From a virus (lineage: Duplodnaviria; Caudoviricetes), in IMG/VR virus record IMGVR_UViG_3300033067_001743, positions 58,496 to 122,495 of that record: DNA of 64,000 bases; one strand, 5' to 3'. This document shows, piece after piece, positions 47,471-56,920 of this stretch. Position numbers and translations under genes: made by a program. The notes under the pieces are model-generated. The model searched no databases. It was given only the letters and a program-made list of their open reading frames with translations, and had not been told where the DNA came from. Positions within the stretch are counted from its first letter, which is position 1, and every line of letters begins with the position of its first letter.

Positions 47471-49138
47471 TTAAAGAGTGTTCAATCCTTCAACGTATAT
47501 TTTACCGTAGTATTCGGGCCTGAGTACACCTTTCGCGTATCTTGTCATCACACCTTTTCTTGGTGTGAAGTTGTCAGGATCAAGGACAACAGGAGTCATC
47601 ATCAATGGAACGTATGGTGAGTAATATGCACCAGTTTCTAACCACTGACTTCCACGGTATCCCATAAGGATACAGTTTTCTTTCATGTATGGATTCTTCC
47701 ATACTTGGAACCTGTTATTGATTTGTCCAATCTTCTGAACACCCATGCTAAAGTTGCTCTTATTTCCATCAGTATCAGCAGCATAGCCGGGAATACTTTC
47801 AAGAATAGTTGCTACAAGAGGTGAACATACTAAGAAGTTCGCTCCACCACGTACTGTGGCTTGGTGAATCCTGTTGCTCATTTTCTGGATTTTAGTTCCA
47901 AGTGTTTGGAACCATGTACCCTGAGTGTAAGCAGTTAAGTTCTGAGTTATTGCTGCAAAACTTGTTCCGTTAAACTCATATCCAATTCTTGTTGACCAGT
48001 AGTCAGAAACTGCTGCTTCGTGTATCAACATGTCCAAAATTTCAAGATCAATTTCCTGTGAAATGTACTCTCCCAATATACCAGTCAACTCCGCCTCAGC
48101 GTCGATGTTCTGGTATGCGTTCAAGTCCTGAGCAAACTCAGGTGTCCATCTTGCTTTCAATTTACGTGTTTTAGCAACAATCGCATCTGAACGCAATTCA
48201 AGACTTAATTCTGGAATATCAATAGGGGTGTCAATTCCACTACCTGCCTGTGTCTTACCAGCCTCAAAATCACCACGAGTGATAGAAGTAGGTTGTTTGT
48301 GGTAGTTAACTACAATACCATCTGTTGCACCAAGTGCTGAACCTGAAATAATAAATGTTACTGTTGCAGCAGATTTATTATATCTTGTGAATTCTTGATA
48401 TACATCATAAACAAGAGAGTTAGTCGAGTTTGATAGAGTAAATGCACGAACACCAAGTGGATCAAAACTTGCAATAGATGCAGTTGCAATAGTTACTTTG
48501 TGCAATCTTGCACCACCAACCAATAAACTCTGGCTAAATTCTGAGTTAAAGTTGTAATCTGTTGCAGATATAGAACTGGTTGCAAAGTGAGTTGAGTCTG
48601 CTGTAGATGCAACTGTCAATGCAGAACTTGAGTAATCATTGATTGTATATCCAAATCTACCCGGTCCAAAAAGACCTTCTGTTGGGGTTGCCCATCCATA
48701 AGATGCACCTGTTCCTTTTGCAGGATCAGTAATACCGAATACAGAATCATCCTGACGGTCTTTTCCTGTACCTGTATTAAATCCGGGCTGTCCTGTTCCG
48801 TATTTAATATCCAACCAGAATACAAGACCCGAAGGCATGTTCATTGGCTGAACTGATACGAAATCCTTTGCTGAAATTTCAGCAAAAATCCTTCTAATAA
48901 GAGGGAGAGCGATACCTGCCCATTCTTCCGAACCAGCAATGGTTCCAGTTTGGTTCGCTTCTGTTACTAACTGACGCGCTTGGTTTTCAAGCAACTGCGC
49001 CATATTTCCTTTTTCTGGCCCACCTAAACCTTCAAGAAGTCCAGTGCGTTCCCATTTACGGGTAAGCATCTGTGCTTGCTTTCTTTGGTTCATATAGGCA
49101 TCTTTTGGTAATAAATCACTAAGATTCATTTGTGCCAT
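47471..49138 (-). CDS. Major capsid protein (T4 gp23-like)
   Basis: LLENQ, LPLIRR, VSVQPM..PSGLVF, AKTRKLKARWTPEFAQDL, EIDLEI, Y.PYVPL, F.PR.GVMTRY. Confidence 0.95.
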   Translation of the reverse strand: MAQMNLSDLLPKDAYMNQRKQAQMLTRKWERTGLLEGLGGPEKGNMAQLLENQARQLVTEANQTGTIAGSEEWAGIALPLIRRIFAEISAKDFVSVQPMNMPSGLVFWLDIKYGTGQPGFNTGTGKDRQDDSVFGITDPAKGTGASYGWATPTEGLFGPGRFGYTINDYSSSALTVASTADSTHFATSSISATDYNFNSEFSQSLLVGGARLHKVTIATASIASFDPLGVRAFTLSNSTNSLVYDVYQEFTRYNKSAATVTFIISGSALGATDGIVVNYHKQPTSITRGDFEAGKTQAGSGIDTPIDIPELSLELRSDAIVAKTRKLKARWTPEFAQDLNAYQNIDAEAELTGILGEYISQEIDLEILDMLIHEAAVSDYWSTRIGYEFNGTSFAAITQNLTAYTQGTWFQTLGTKIQKMSNRIHQATVRGGANFLVCSPLVATILESIPGYAADTDGNKSNFSMGVQKIGQINNRFQVWKNPYMKENCILMGYRGSQWLETGAYYSPYVPLMMTPVVLDPDNFTPRKGVMTRYAKGVLRPEYYGKIYVEGLNTL

Positions 49139-49184
49139 TTATACATATCTCCTATGTCTTTTTTGTGTGTTTTATCCAATTAAA

Positions 49185-50231
49185 TTACCAAGCATTATAT
49201 TCATCATCCTTACGGAGTCCGGCTAATCTCTGTAATCTTGTTACAGTATTTTCGCCTATGATTTGCTTTTGGCTATTTTTTGTTTTTGGATTTATCTGTT
49301 GAATTGCTTTCGATGCCAATCCCTTGTTTTCCTTAATAGCAGCCTTTCCTTTCTTGTTGAAAGATTCAACTATTGTAGTATACACAAGTTTAACTTCTCT
49401 TACTGTTTTTGCACGGTCGAAACTTTCAAGGATTCTAACTTGCTGATTTTCGTTTAGTTCAAACTGACGTAATGTCTTAGTTGTAAACATTAACTTAGCA
49501 TTTAACAAGTTTACTTCATTAATGGCTTGCTTGTAAGTTGTGATGGTTCTGAATGCTTCTTGTAGATCACCTTTAAGCCTTTTGTTCTCATTTCTGAGTT
49601 TTCTATTCTCAAGGAATTGTGGTCCATTTGGTAGACTGTCTTTGAATACTGATCCGTCTTCTTTGTTTGGACCCATATCTAATTCATCCCCTAAACCTTC
49701 TTCTTCTCCAAGTAATGCTTCAAGTACTGATTCTACTACATCATCTTCATATGCGCCGTCACCATTTGCTTCTGAAAATTGATCTTCTTCTGCTGATGGA
49801 TTTGTACTCATAAATTCATCTTCTTCACCTTCCATCATGTCGTCTTCCATTCCCATTCCATCATCTTCACCTTCAAGTTCACGAATTAAGGCTTCAAGTT
49901 CTAAATCTTCTTCTCCGGCTGGTTCTTCTGCTGGCATTTCTTCTTCACCAGTATCTGCTGAACCTTCGAAGCCTACATCTGAACCTTGTTCCTCTCCACC
50001 CATTTCATCTTCTCCACCACCAAATTCATCTTCTGAATTTACTTCGATTTCAATGTCTTCTCCAAACATGTCATCGTTTTCCATGTCATCTTCTTCTGCT
50101 AATTTTGAAGAAATCATTCTTTGAAGGGTTGGTTGAAAAGTTTCTTCGAGTGCAATTTTAGCGTTTGCAAGTGCTGCTGATTTAACCCTTTTTGCATCTG
50201 CAATTGCTTCTTGTAATATGTTCTTTGCCAT
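49185..50231 (-). CDS. Prohead core / scaffold protein
   Basis: LQEAIADAK, very acidic middle, EVNLLNAKL, RLQRLAG; directly upstream of the capsid gene. Confidence 0.8.
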   Translation of the reverse strand: MAKNILQEAIADAKRVKSAALANAKIALEETFQPTLQRMISSKLAEEDDMENDDMFGEDIEIEVNSEDEFGGGEDEMGGEEQGSDVGFEGSADTGEEEMPAEEPAGEEDLELEALIRELEGEDDGMGMEDDMMEGEEDEFMSTNPSAEEDQFSEANGDGAYEDDVVESVLEALLGEEEGLGDELDMGPNKEDGSVFKDSLPNGPQFLENRKLRNENKRLKGDLQEAFRTITTYKQAINEVNLLNAKLMFTTKTLRQFELNENQQVRILESFDRAKTVREVKLVYTTIVESFNKKGKAAIKENKGLASKAIQQINPKTKNSQKQIIGENTVTRLQRLAGLRKDDEYNAW

Positions 50232-50345
50232 TGAAATTATTCTCCTAAATTTCTATTTGGTCTTTCACACCTATTCAGAGATATGATATGTATAAATTTT
50301 TATATTTTTAAAATAGATATTAAATCTACTATATTGTCTTTATGA

Positions 50346-50353
50346 TATAAATA
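50346..50353 (-). promoter_or_regulatory. Late promoter-like motif TATTTATA
   Basis: Upstream of the scaffold-capsid operon. Confidence 0.55.
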
Positions 50354-50357
50354 TTGT

Positions 50358-50888
50358 TTAAATTTTCGAAACCTTATTTTCACCTGAACCTTGTCCTACT
50401 TGTGTTATAGTTTCTTTAATTGCATTTGCTACCTCAAGGTCTGCTTTCTTAAATATTTCTATTATTTTGGCATTTAATAAGGTTTGAACTTGCATAAAAT
50501 ATTTTTGTAATTCAGTAGTTATTTCAGGAGTGTTTTGATCTTGATTTGCACTCAATTCATATGCAGTTACAAGTTTTTCTATTTGTTTTGGTAATGGTCC
50601 AACAGATAATGTCTTTTTTTGACCACCCCCATAAATGCTTATTTCTATGTTAGCCTTACCATCTTTATCAGGTTTAACCTGAACACCATTGTTAAAACCT
50701 CCATTAACATACGTCATTTCGTACTTAAAACGATCATCTTTTGTTGCGGCTGGTGTTTTCTTCTTTGGTTGCTTTGGAGCATCAGGAGTCTGATCGGTTG
50801 GAGACGTTTGTGGTGCCTTTTCCGGTGATGCCTGTTTTGGAGGTGTTATCTGTTTTTGACCTTGTGCTTTATCTGGTGGTTGTGGCAT
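50358..50888 (-). CDS. Hypothetical protein with a Pro/Gln/Lys-rich N-terminus
   Basis: 176-aa ORF. Confidence 0.6.
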   Translation of the reverse strand: MPQPPDKAQGQKQITPPKQASPEKAPQTSPTDQTPDAPKQPKKKTPAATKDDRFKYEMTYVNGGFNNGVQVKPDKDGKANIEISIYGGGQKKTLSVGPLPKQIEKLVTAYELSANQDQNTPEITTELQKYFMQVQTLLNAKIIEIFKKADLEVANAIKETITQVGQGSGENKVSKI

Positions 50889-50892
50889 TTAT

Positions 50893-51129
50893 TTACCCAT
50901 TACTCATTGAGTCTTTTTGTTGATTGTATTTTGCAAGGGACATTTGTTCCCTCTTTGATACACTCTTTTTCTTGTAATACTTTTTATCAAACAAGTCTTG
51001 AATTATATTTGAATCTTTTTGCTGTTTCTTCCAGATTCTTAGTGCTGTTGAAATGTCTCCACCGTTAACTTTTACAGACTGTGGGCTGCCGGGAACTGTT
51101 CCCTGAAATTTCTTTGATGTTAAATGCAT
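50893..51129 (-). CDS. rpsU: Ribosomal protein bS21 homolog
   Basis: VKV..GDISTALRIWKK....II..L..KKYY.K.SV.KR; located in the head module. Confidence 0.75.
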   Translation of the reverse strand: MHLTSKKFQGTVPGSPQSVKVNGGDISTALRIWKKQQKDSNIIQDLFDKKYYKKKSVSKREQMSLAKYNQQKDSMSNG

Positions 51130-51148
51130 TTAATTTTTGTTTATATTG

Positions 51149-51466
51149 TTATTGTTGATTTAAGTAATCTAATACTTCGGGCCAGTTTACTACTCTTTTG
51201 TTTATTTCTTTGTACCCTTTGGGGTTTATAAGTTTTAACACCTCGTATACTTTTTTAATAAAATTTACTGTTAGTCTTCCTTTAAATCTATTTAATGTTC
51301 TATATAAAGGCTCTTCATTATCTAAATATATACATACTAACTTTGTGTCTTTATTAGTCCATCCTTCATAAGATTGGTCTTCTCTTATAATACTATTATA
51401 CTCTTCTCTAATTATCTTCTTTAATTTTACTTTTATTTTTGAGATAATTTCCTGTTTATATGTCAT
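51149..51466 (-). CDS. Small protein with an LKKIIREE leader
   Basis: YEGWTNKDT..V.IYLDNEE. Confidence 0.6.
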   Translation of the reverse strand: MTYKQEIISKIKVKLKKIIREEYNSIIREDQSYEGWTNKDTKLVCIYLDNEEPLYRTLNRFKGRLTVNFIKKVYEVLKLINPKGYKEINKRVVNWPEVLDYLNQQ

Positions 51467-52106
51467 AATATCTTCCTAATTTAGTTCCTATATTCTCATA
51501 CAAACCTTCCAACCTTTGTTGGAGTTGAGTTAATTCAGAACATGTCTTGCTGAATAATTTATAATCATCTTTAATAGATTTTAAATCTCGATTAACAGAA
51601 ATGTTATCAAACATATCCTGTGTTTCTCTTAGAGTAAAAGCCTCAGCAGATTCAACCATCTGTCCAAGTTGCTGAGAAATTTCTCCTAACCTCTTACTTC
51701 TATATATTTCATTTTTAAATTGTCCAAATTGCTTTAGAGATTCTAAAAACGCTTGCTTTTCTTCTTTACTATATGTTAATTCACTTTCGAATATATATCT
51801 TTTTGTAGTTTTCATTTTACTCTCATTATTTCTTTTTTTTAGAAAATCTGTCTCAACTCTAAAATAGTTTGCATCTGCTATAGCATTTAGTTTTATCATA
51901 TCAACACCATCAGTTTTAAATTCTACTCTAATTCCTGATGTGTCTTTTGGATCACTTTTATTTCTATCCATAACTGATATATGATCAGCATTTTCAAAAT
52001 GCTTTTCTATATTTGTAAGTAATGATTTTGCATAACTGTACCACTGCTGTTTTGAAGTTGATTTTGGTTTTTCATTAAAATTTGGTACTAATATTATAGT
52101 TTTCAT
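51456..52106 (-). CDS. Head-region protein, two apparent domains
   Basis: C-terminal FDNISVNRD..LQQRLE.LYE.IG..L.RYYDI. Confidence 0.6.
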   Translation of the reverse strand: MKTIILVPNFNEKPKSTSKQQWYSYAKSLLTNIEKHFENADHISVMDRNKSDPKDTSGIRVEFKTDGVDMIKLNAIADANYFRVETDFLKKRNNESKMKTTKRYIFESELTYSKEEKQAFLESLKQFGQFKNEIYRSKRLGEISQQLGQMVESAEAFTLRETQDMFDNISVNRDLKSIKDDYKLFSKTCSELTQLQQRLEGLYENIGTKLGRYYDI

Positions 52107-52107
52107 T

Positions 52108-52752
52108 TTATAATCCTTTTATACAGCAAATTCCTGATAATTCGCAAATTATTTCTTGCATAATTGAGTTTGCACTTGCATATCTACTATTTATTTTTGG
52201 AGCATATGATTCATGCAATCCACTTGCTACCATATTTGCTCCTATTGTTGATTCATCTGATACACAATCAGACAGTGTTACTAATTCAAAATCTTCCTGA
52301 ACCTCAACCATTTCATCATCGTCTCCCTCTCTCAAAGGTTCAACCGACCCAAGTCCACGAGAACTTTGTCCAACTCTAAACCCTGCTAATAATATCTCTC
52401 TAACAATATTCCCAGATGGAGTAGGTAGTATTTCTACATCTCCATATACTTCATTACCTTTCCAATTTACATCAATTATTGCATGACATACATTCTTTAG
52501 GTTTACTACATTAGATTCTGGGTGATCTAATTCTCCAAATGCTCTCTTCTCTTTTATTTTATTTGAGTAGAGGTTAATCTCCCTTTCTAAAATACGTTTG
52601 GGATAAACCCTCTTATTTCTATTAGGTGCATCTGCCCTTTGTAGAAGTACGTTTTTAAGTATTAACCTTCCATTATTCTTTTGAATGGATTCTATCAATG
52701 TTGGTCTTTCAACTCCAATCAAAGATGTATGTTCTATTAGTAGTTGTTTCAT
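52108..52752 (-). CDS. Prohead protease (gp21-like)
   Basis: QRAD..NRNKRVYP, GELDHP, TPSGNI, SSRGLGS. Confidence 0.92.
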   Translation of the reverse strand: MKQLLIEHTSLIGVERPTLIESIQKNNGRLILKNVLLQRADAPNRNKRVYPKRILEREINLYSNKIKEKRAFGELDHPESNVVNLKNVCHAIIDVNWKGNEVYGDVEILPTPSGNIVREILLAGFRVGQSSRGLGSVEPLREGDDDEMVEVQEDFELVTLSDCVSDESTIGANMVASGLHESYAPKINSRYASANSIMQEIICELSGICCIKGL

Positions 52753-52755
52753 TCA

Positions 52756-53052
52756 TTATTTCCCATAAACCCTTAATCGGGCTTTTGCTTGCTTACTTCC
52801 ATATTGTTGAACATAATCTGTTATTTCCCTTCCAACTTCATCCAACTCATCTTCACTTAATTCTTTATGTGCTACTTTTATTATATGATTAGTTTCTGGT
52901 AAAGTTCCATTTGTTTGAATGGCAAATCCTTTATCGTTTGGGAAACCTACTATAATAACGCTATTTCCATTTGAATCAAGTCCCCAACCTTTTATATAAA
53001 GATTAGAATGTGGCTGTTCAAGATTTAAACCTTTAACTGCTTCTGTTATGGC
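52756..53052 (-). CDS. Start-less 98-codon open frame continuing the upstream gene in the -1 frame
   Basis: AITEAVKGLNLEQPHSNLYIKGWGLDSNGN...RLRVYGK*; fills the gap exactly and begins at an A9 run. Confidence 0.6.
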   Translation of the reverse strand, partial: AITEAVKGLNLEQPHSNLYIKGWGLDSNGNSVIIVGFPNDKGFAIQTNGTLPETNHIIKVAHKELSEDELDEVGREITDYVQQYGSKQAKARLRVYGK

Positions 53053-53666
53053 TTTTTTTTTCCTATAACTTTTACAATTTCTTCTTTTATTATTTTTCTA
53101 AGTATACTTTTTACTTTGTTTTCTACAACTATCGATTCCCCAACATCTGAACCCTTTATATTACCATTTCTATCAATCAAACCTTTATTAATTAAAGTTT
53201 GTGCTGTCCTTCCATAAGAGCCTTGTAATTGATTTACCATACCAGTTTTTATTAAGTGGGAAAATAGATTTAAAGTTTCTGTTTTATCAAGATCACCATC
53301 TTCAAATCTCATTATATAATCAATAAGATTTTCTTTAGTTATTTTGCCACTACTGTCTTCTCGCAATGTTGATTCCATAGCATTTGGCTTACCTATTTTA
53401 ATCCATGCTCCATCCCACGGAACACCATTTAACATAGTTTTACCACCTTTAACACCAATACTCACTCCCGGTAAACCATTTAACCTTTCATAAGTAGTTC
53501 TGGTTGCCCAACCTGCATTAGTTATCCATAATTCACCATTTTTCATTTTGGCTATCTCATTTCCATGCAAATAAAATGAATTTCCATCTGTACTTGTGTT
53601 TGCTTGTTTTGCAGGTTTTCCAGCAAGGAATGCTGATACGATTGCATCTGTAACTTTTCTTGGCAT
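53046..53666 (-). CDS. Multidomain hypothetical protein (putative internal head protein)
   Basis: Domains separated by xxE motifs (TLRED, IVVEN, LRKIIKEE). Confidence 0.65.
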   Translation of the reverse strand: MPRKVTDAIVSAFLAGKPAKQANTSTDGNSFYLHGNEIAKMKNGELWITNAGWATRTTYERLNGLPGVSIGVKGGKTMLNGVPWDGAWIKIGKPNAMESTLREDSSGKITKENLIDYIMRFEDGDLDKTETLNLFSHLIKTGMVNQLQGSYGRTAQTLINKGLIDRNGNIKGSDVGESIVVENKVKSILRKIIKEEIVKVIGKKKP

Positions 53667-53681
53667 TTTATATTTCCTTTG

Positions 53682-54176
53682 TTAAGAACCCATTTCTACA
53701 ATCTTAGAAGATAGTCTATTGAGTCGTTCTCTTATTTTTATAAATGATCCTATTGTCTTTTTCCAAAATATACCCTGATCACTACCACTCTCTGATTTTA
53801 GTCGAGATGCATGGTTAATCATTTGTTCAACTTCCCTTAATTTCTTGTTTATTTCAAGGACATGACTATTTATTTTTTGAGTTTGGGTTTTTGTATCATC
53901 AGCAACATAATCTTCATACCTTGCTTCATTTAAAGACTGAACCTTATTGTTTATTCTTAGATAAATATCTTCTATTTTTTTGTAAAATCTATCTGTTTCT
54001 TCAACAGGTTCACTGTAAGAAACATCATCTGGTTCTTTTGCTTTTTTAGAAAATGCATATGGAGTTTGTGGCTGGCCTTGCCCACCATCAAGATTAGATG
54101 TTGTATTTTCCTCTTCTATTGGAAAATCATATTTATCATCTAAGGACTCTAACATTTCTCTCAAAGTACTATTCAT
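53682..54176 (-). CDS. Hypothetical head-region protein
   Basis: EEENTT..LDGG.G.PQTPYAF, C-terminal coiled coil. Confidence 0.65.
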   Translation of the reverse strand: MNSTLREMLESLDDKYDFPIEEENTTSNLDGGQGQPQTPYAFSKKAKEPDDVSYSEPVEETDRFYKKIEDIYLRINNKVQSLNEARYEDYVADDTKTQTQKINSHVLEINKKLREVEQMINHASRLKSESGSDQGIFWKKTIGSFIKIRERLNRLSSKIVEMGS

Positions 54177-55009
54177 TATTTTAACTCCTCTATGAGTTCA
54201 AAATACTTCAATAGAGATGATAAATGTTCATCTTTAATTTTCTTTGTTGAAATTATATTTTCGGTAAGACTTAACGTTTCTGTTAACTTTATTTTAGTAA
54301 TTGGATCAGTAACTGTTTCCAATAAACTATTTAATTTGTCGGTTACATAACCAACTTCTTTCATTATGTAGTTTTTAAATTCAGGAGTACTTGTATCTTC
54401 ATTGATGTATTTACTTAACAGTGTCTTTTGCCTGTCAGATAATGTTCTATACTTCTCATTAAATTTTTGAACTACAATTTTGAATCCAAGGGTTCTTGTG
54501 TCTTGATCTTGCTCTCTCCATTCTTTTTCTACTTGTTCTTCTATTACTTCTTCAACCTTTTGTCCAGATAACGACTCAATTACAAGTTTTTTTGCAGTTA
54601 GATATTCATCAGGATTTATCAATGAAGTATGTTCAAATAGTTTAAATATAGAAGCACATAACTTATAGTTTGTAGTTCTTGTTTCGAAAAACATTTTCAA
54701 GTCATACTTCTTCCGTATGTCCTTAATCAATTCATATTTTTCATTTTCAAGTTTATTTAGATTTAAACCTTTTCGAGACTCTAAGGTAAGTGATAATAAT
54801 TCTCCACTATCGTTTTTTGATTCTTTTGATAGTGATTGATATAACATCAATTCCTTTAGTATCTCAGATTTTTGGTTGAAATGCTTCTTTATGATAGGTA
54901 AGGCTATCTGTTTTTGATCTTCATTAATTACTTCATACATGACATTCTTTGACAGAATCTCAAATAAAAGTCCAGTATTTCTCAATTTATTATGACGTAG
55001 TTTCTTCAT
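54176..55009 (-). CDS. Head-region protein after the portal
   Basis: KLRHNKLRNTGLLFEIL, FNEKY..LS..QK.LL..YI; late motif at 55049-55056. Confidence 0.65.
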   Translation of the reverse strand: MKKLRHNKLRNTGLLFEILSKNVMYEVINEDQKQIALPIIKKHFNQKSEILKELMLYQSLSKESKNDSGELLSLTLESRKGLNLNKLENEKYELIKDIRKKYDLKMFFETRTTNYKLCASIFKLFEHTSLINPDEYLTAKKLVIESLSGQKVEEVIEEQVEKEWREQDQDTRTLGFKIVVQKFNEKYRTLSDRQKTLLSKYINEDTSTPEFKNYIMKEVGYVTDKLNSLLETVTDPITKIKLTETLSLTENIISTKKIKDEHLSSLLKYFELIEELK

Positions 55010-55060
55010 GTATTGTTTTCCACGAAACGGTTATTAATCAGTCCACATTATAAATATCAC

Positions 55061-56920
55061 TTAATTAGTGGAATCATCTAAAATGTTATTTTCATTTAGC
55101 ATATTTAAGTCAATATCTAATTTATTTGACTCTAATAATGATTTTCTTACATCTTTACTGTAAGTTTTTTCTAATTTTTTTATGAATCTACTGTAAGATT
55201 CTTTTGGAGCAGATGGAGTTTCCATCTTATCGTTTTCCCTTCTACCAACTGGGTCTCTTCCAAAATCTTTATCTCTTTTAGTTTCAAAATTTCCCTTATA
55301 TTGAAGAGGCTTACCTTCATTATCTTCCCTTCCATCAGGAGTGTATAATTTTTCCATGTCTTCTTGAGATGATGGAATGTTTCTACTACTAACTTGAAGG
55401 GATGCAATATCCCAAGGTGTTCCAAACGATTTTCCAGATACTTGTGGATCATTACCTTCTTCTGTTAATTGCTTTAATCTAAATTGTAATTTGGCATCTT
55501 CCACTCTTCTATCTAAGTCTGCCTTCCATTCATCTTCACTCATTCCAAATATATTTTCGTAGATGTATTTTTGAGAGAATATATTCCCTTCGACTATAGA
55601 CTTGGCTAAATCAACTTTAGCAGTCATAACATCTGTCTTTTGTCTTTCGAATACTAAACTTGGATTTGTTAGGAATAATTCAAAACTTAATAAATCATCA
55701 TCACGAAAACCTTGAACATATAAGTGTGTTAAGGCTATTTTATATAATTCAGAAACAAATATTTTTTGCACTCTCTCCACTGTTCGAGCGAACCTTATAT
55801 CAAGTGATGCTAATCCTGCTTTTGATCCACCACCAGAATCTTCCCCATAACCAAGAAAATCTTTTGGTATTTTTATGGCAGCCATCATTTTTTTCCTGAT
55901 GTATTCTACATCATCCATTGCATTCTGATTTTGTAATCCCGGTAACACATCTACAGAATTACCACTCTGTGCTCCACGTTGAGGCATGAACCAGTCTTCC
56001 ATTGTATTCTCAAGATTATATCTCAAGTTATATTCGCCGGTTTGTGGGTCAATGTATGGGGTTTTCTTCATCTCCTGAATGATACCTTCTACATGAGCAT
56101 CAACTTCCTCTGGTGCAATGTTTCCAATGTCAATTTTTACTATTCTTCGCTCTGGTGCTCTCATAATCCTATGCAATAAGACAGCATCTTCAAGTAATGA
56201 TAGCATTTTGTATGCTTTCTTTGCTGGTTCTATAAAAGACCTTCCATATGGCAAATAATTAGTGTCAGTTAATAGCCTAAAGTGCGCTATTTCAAATGTT
56301 TCAAACTTTTCTTGTGTTGACCAATAACCAACGCCTTCCCCTTCATATGAAAATTGAACAAGGTCTGGATTTTCTTTATTTAATCCTTCTTCCCTTCTCA
56401 TTAAACTTGGATGTATTGGCATTACATTAGTTACACCATATTGCTCATCTATCTGTAAATATAAAAAGTGATCGCCATATTTACACATTGTTCTAATCCA
56501 CGACCACATATTGAATTCTATATTTAGAACATCATAAAATAAGTTATGAAGTAGTTTTTTTACCTTTTCATTGTCTGTCTTTATCTTCAATAATTGACCA
56601 TCAACATCTACAGTAGTGCTTTCTTCTGCAATTAAATCAAGGGCTGATGATATAATAGCATCACTATCCATTAATTCATAGTCAATGTAAAACATCCTTC
56701 TCATTGCCTCTATTTCTTCATTAGCGGTTGCACCACCAAATCCCGGACCATAACCGCCCATTCTACCACTACGCCATTTCGACCTATTAGAAAATTTTGT
56801 TGGAGAACCGACTGATTGACTCTTACTTACATCAAGTGTCTTTAATCTTCCTCCGGGCAAATGTTTTATAATTACATTTCTAGTAAACATTTGCTTTAAT
56901 CTATCTCTTATAGAAGCCAT
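55061..56920 (-). CDS. Portal protein (gp20-like)
   Basis: YELMD.D.IISSALD, LEDAVLLHRIMRAPERR, IDIGN, EDWFMP.RG, LPG, DIRFAR. Confidence 0.93.
   Translation of the reverse strand: MASIRDRLKQMFTRNVIIKHLPGGRLKTLDVSKSQSVGSPTKFSNRSKWRSGRMGGYGPGFGGATANEEIEAMRRMFYIDYELMDSDAIISSALDLIAEESTTVDVDGQLLKIKTDNEKVKKLLHNLFYDVLNIEFNMWSWIRTMCKYGDHFLYLQIDEQYGVTNVMPIHPSLMRREEGLNKENPDLVQFSYEGEGVGYWSTQEKFETFEIAHFRLLTDTNYLPYGRSFIEPAKKAYKMLSLLEDAVLLHRIMRAPERRIVKIDIGNIAPEEVDAHVEGIIQEMKKTPYIDPQTGEYNLRYNLENTMEDWFMPQRGAQSGNSVDVLPGLQNQNAMDDVEYIRKKMMAAIKIPKDFLGYGEDSGGGSKAGLASLDIRFARTVERVQKIFVSELYKIALTHLYVQGFRDDDLLSFELFLTNPSLVFERQKTDVMTAKVDLAKSIVEGNIFSQKYIYENIFGMSEDEWKADLDRRVEDAKLQFRLKQLTEEGNDPQVSGKSFGTPWDIASLQVSSRNIPSSQEDMEKLYTPDGREDNEGKPLQYKGNFETKRDKDFGRDPVGRRENDKMETPSAPKESYSRFIKKLEKTYSKDVRKSLLESNKLDIDLNMLNENNILDDSTN

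Noticed and set aside
50232-50345. Structured RNA in the long scaffold/capsid leader
   Set aside because: Only weak A/T-rich pairings; unsupported without covariation data.
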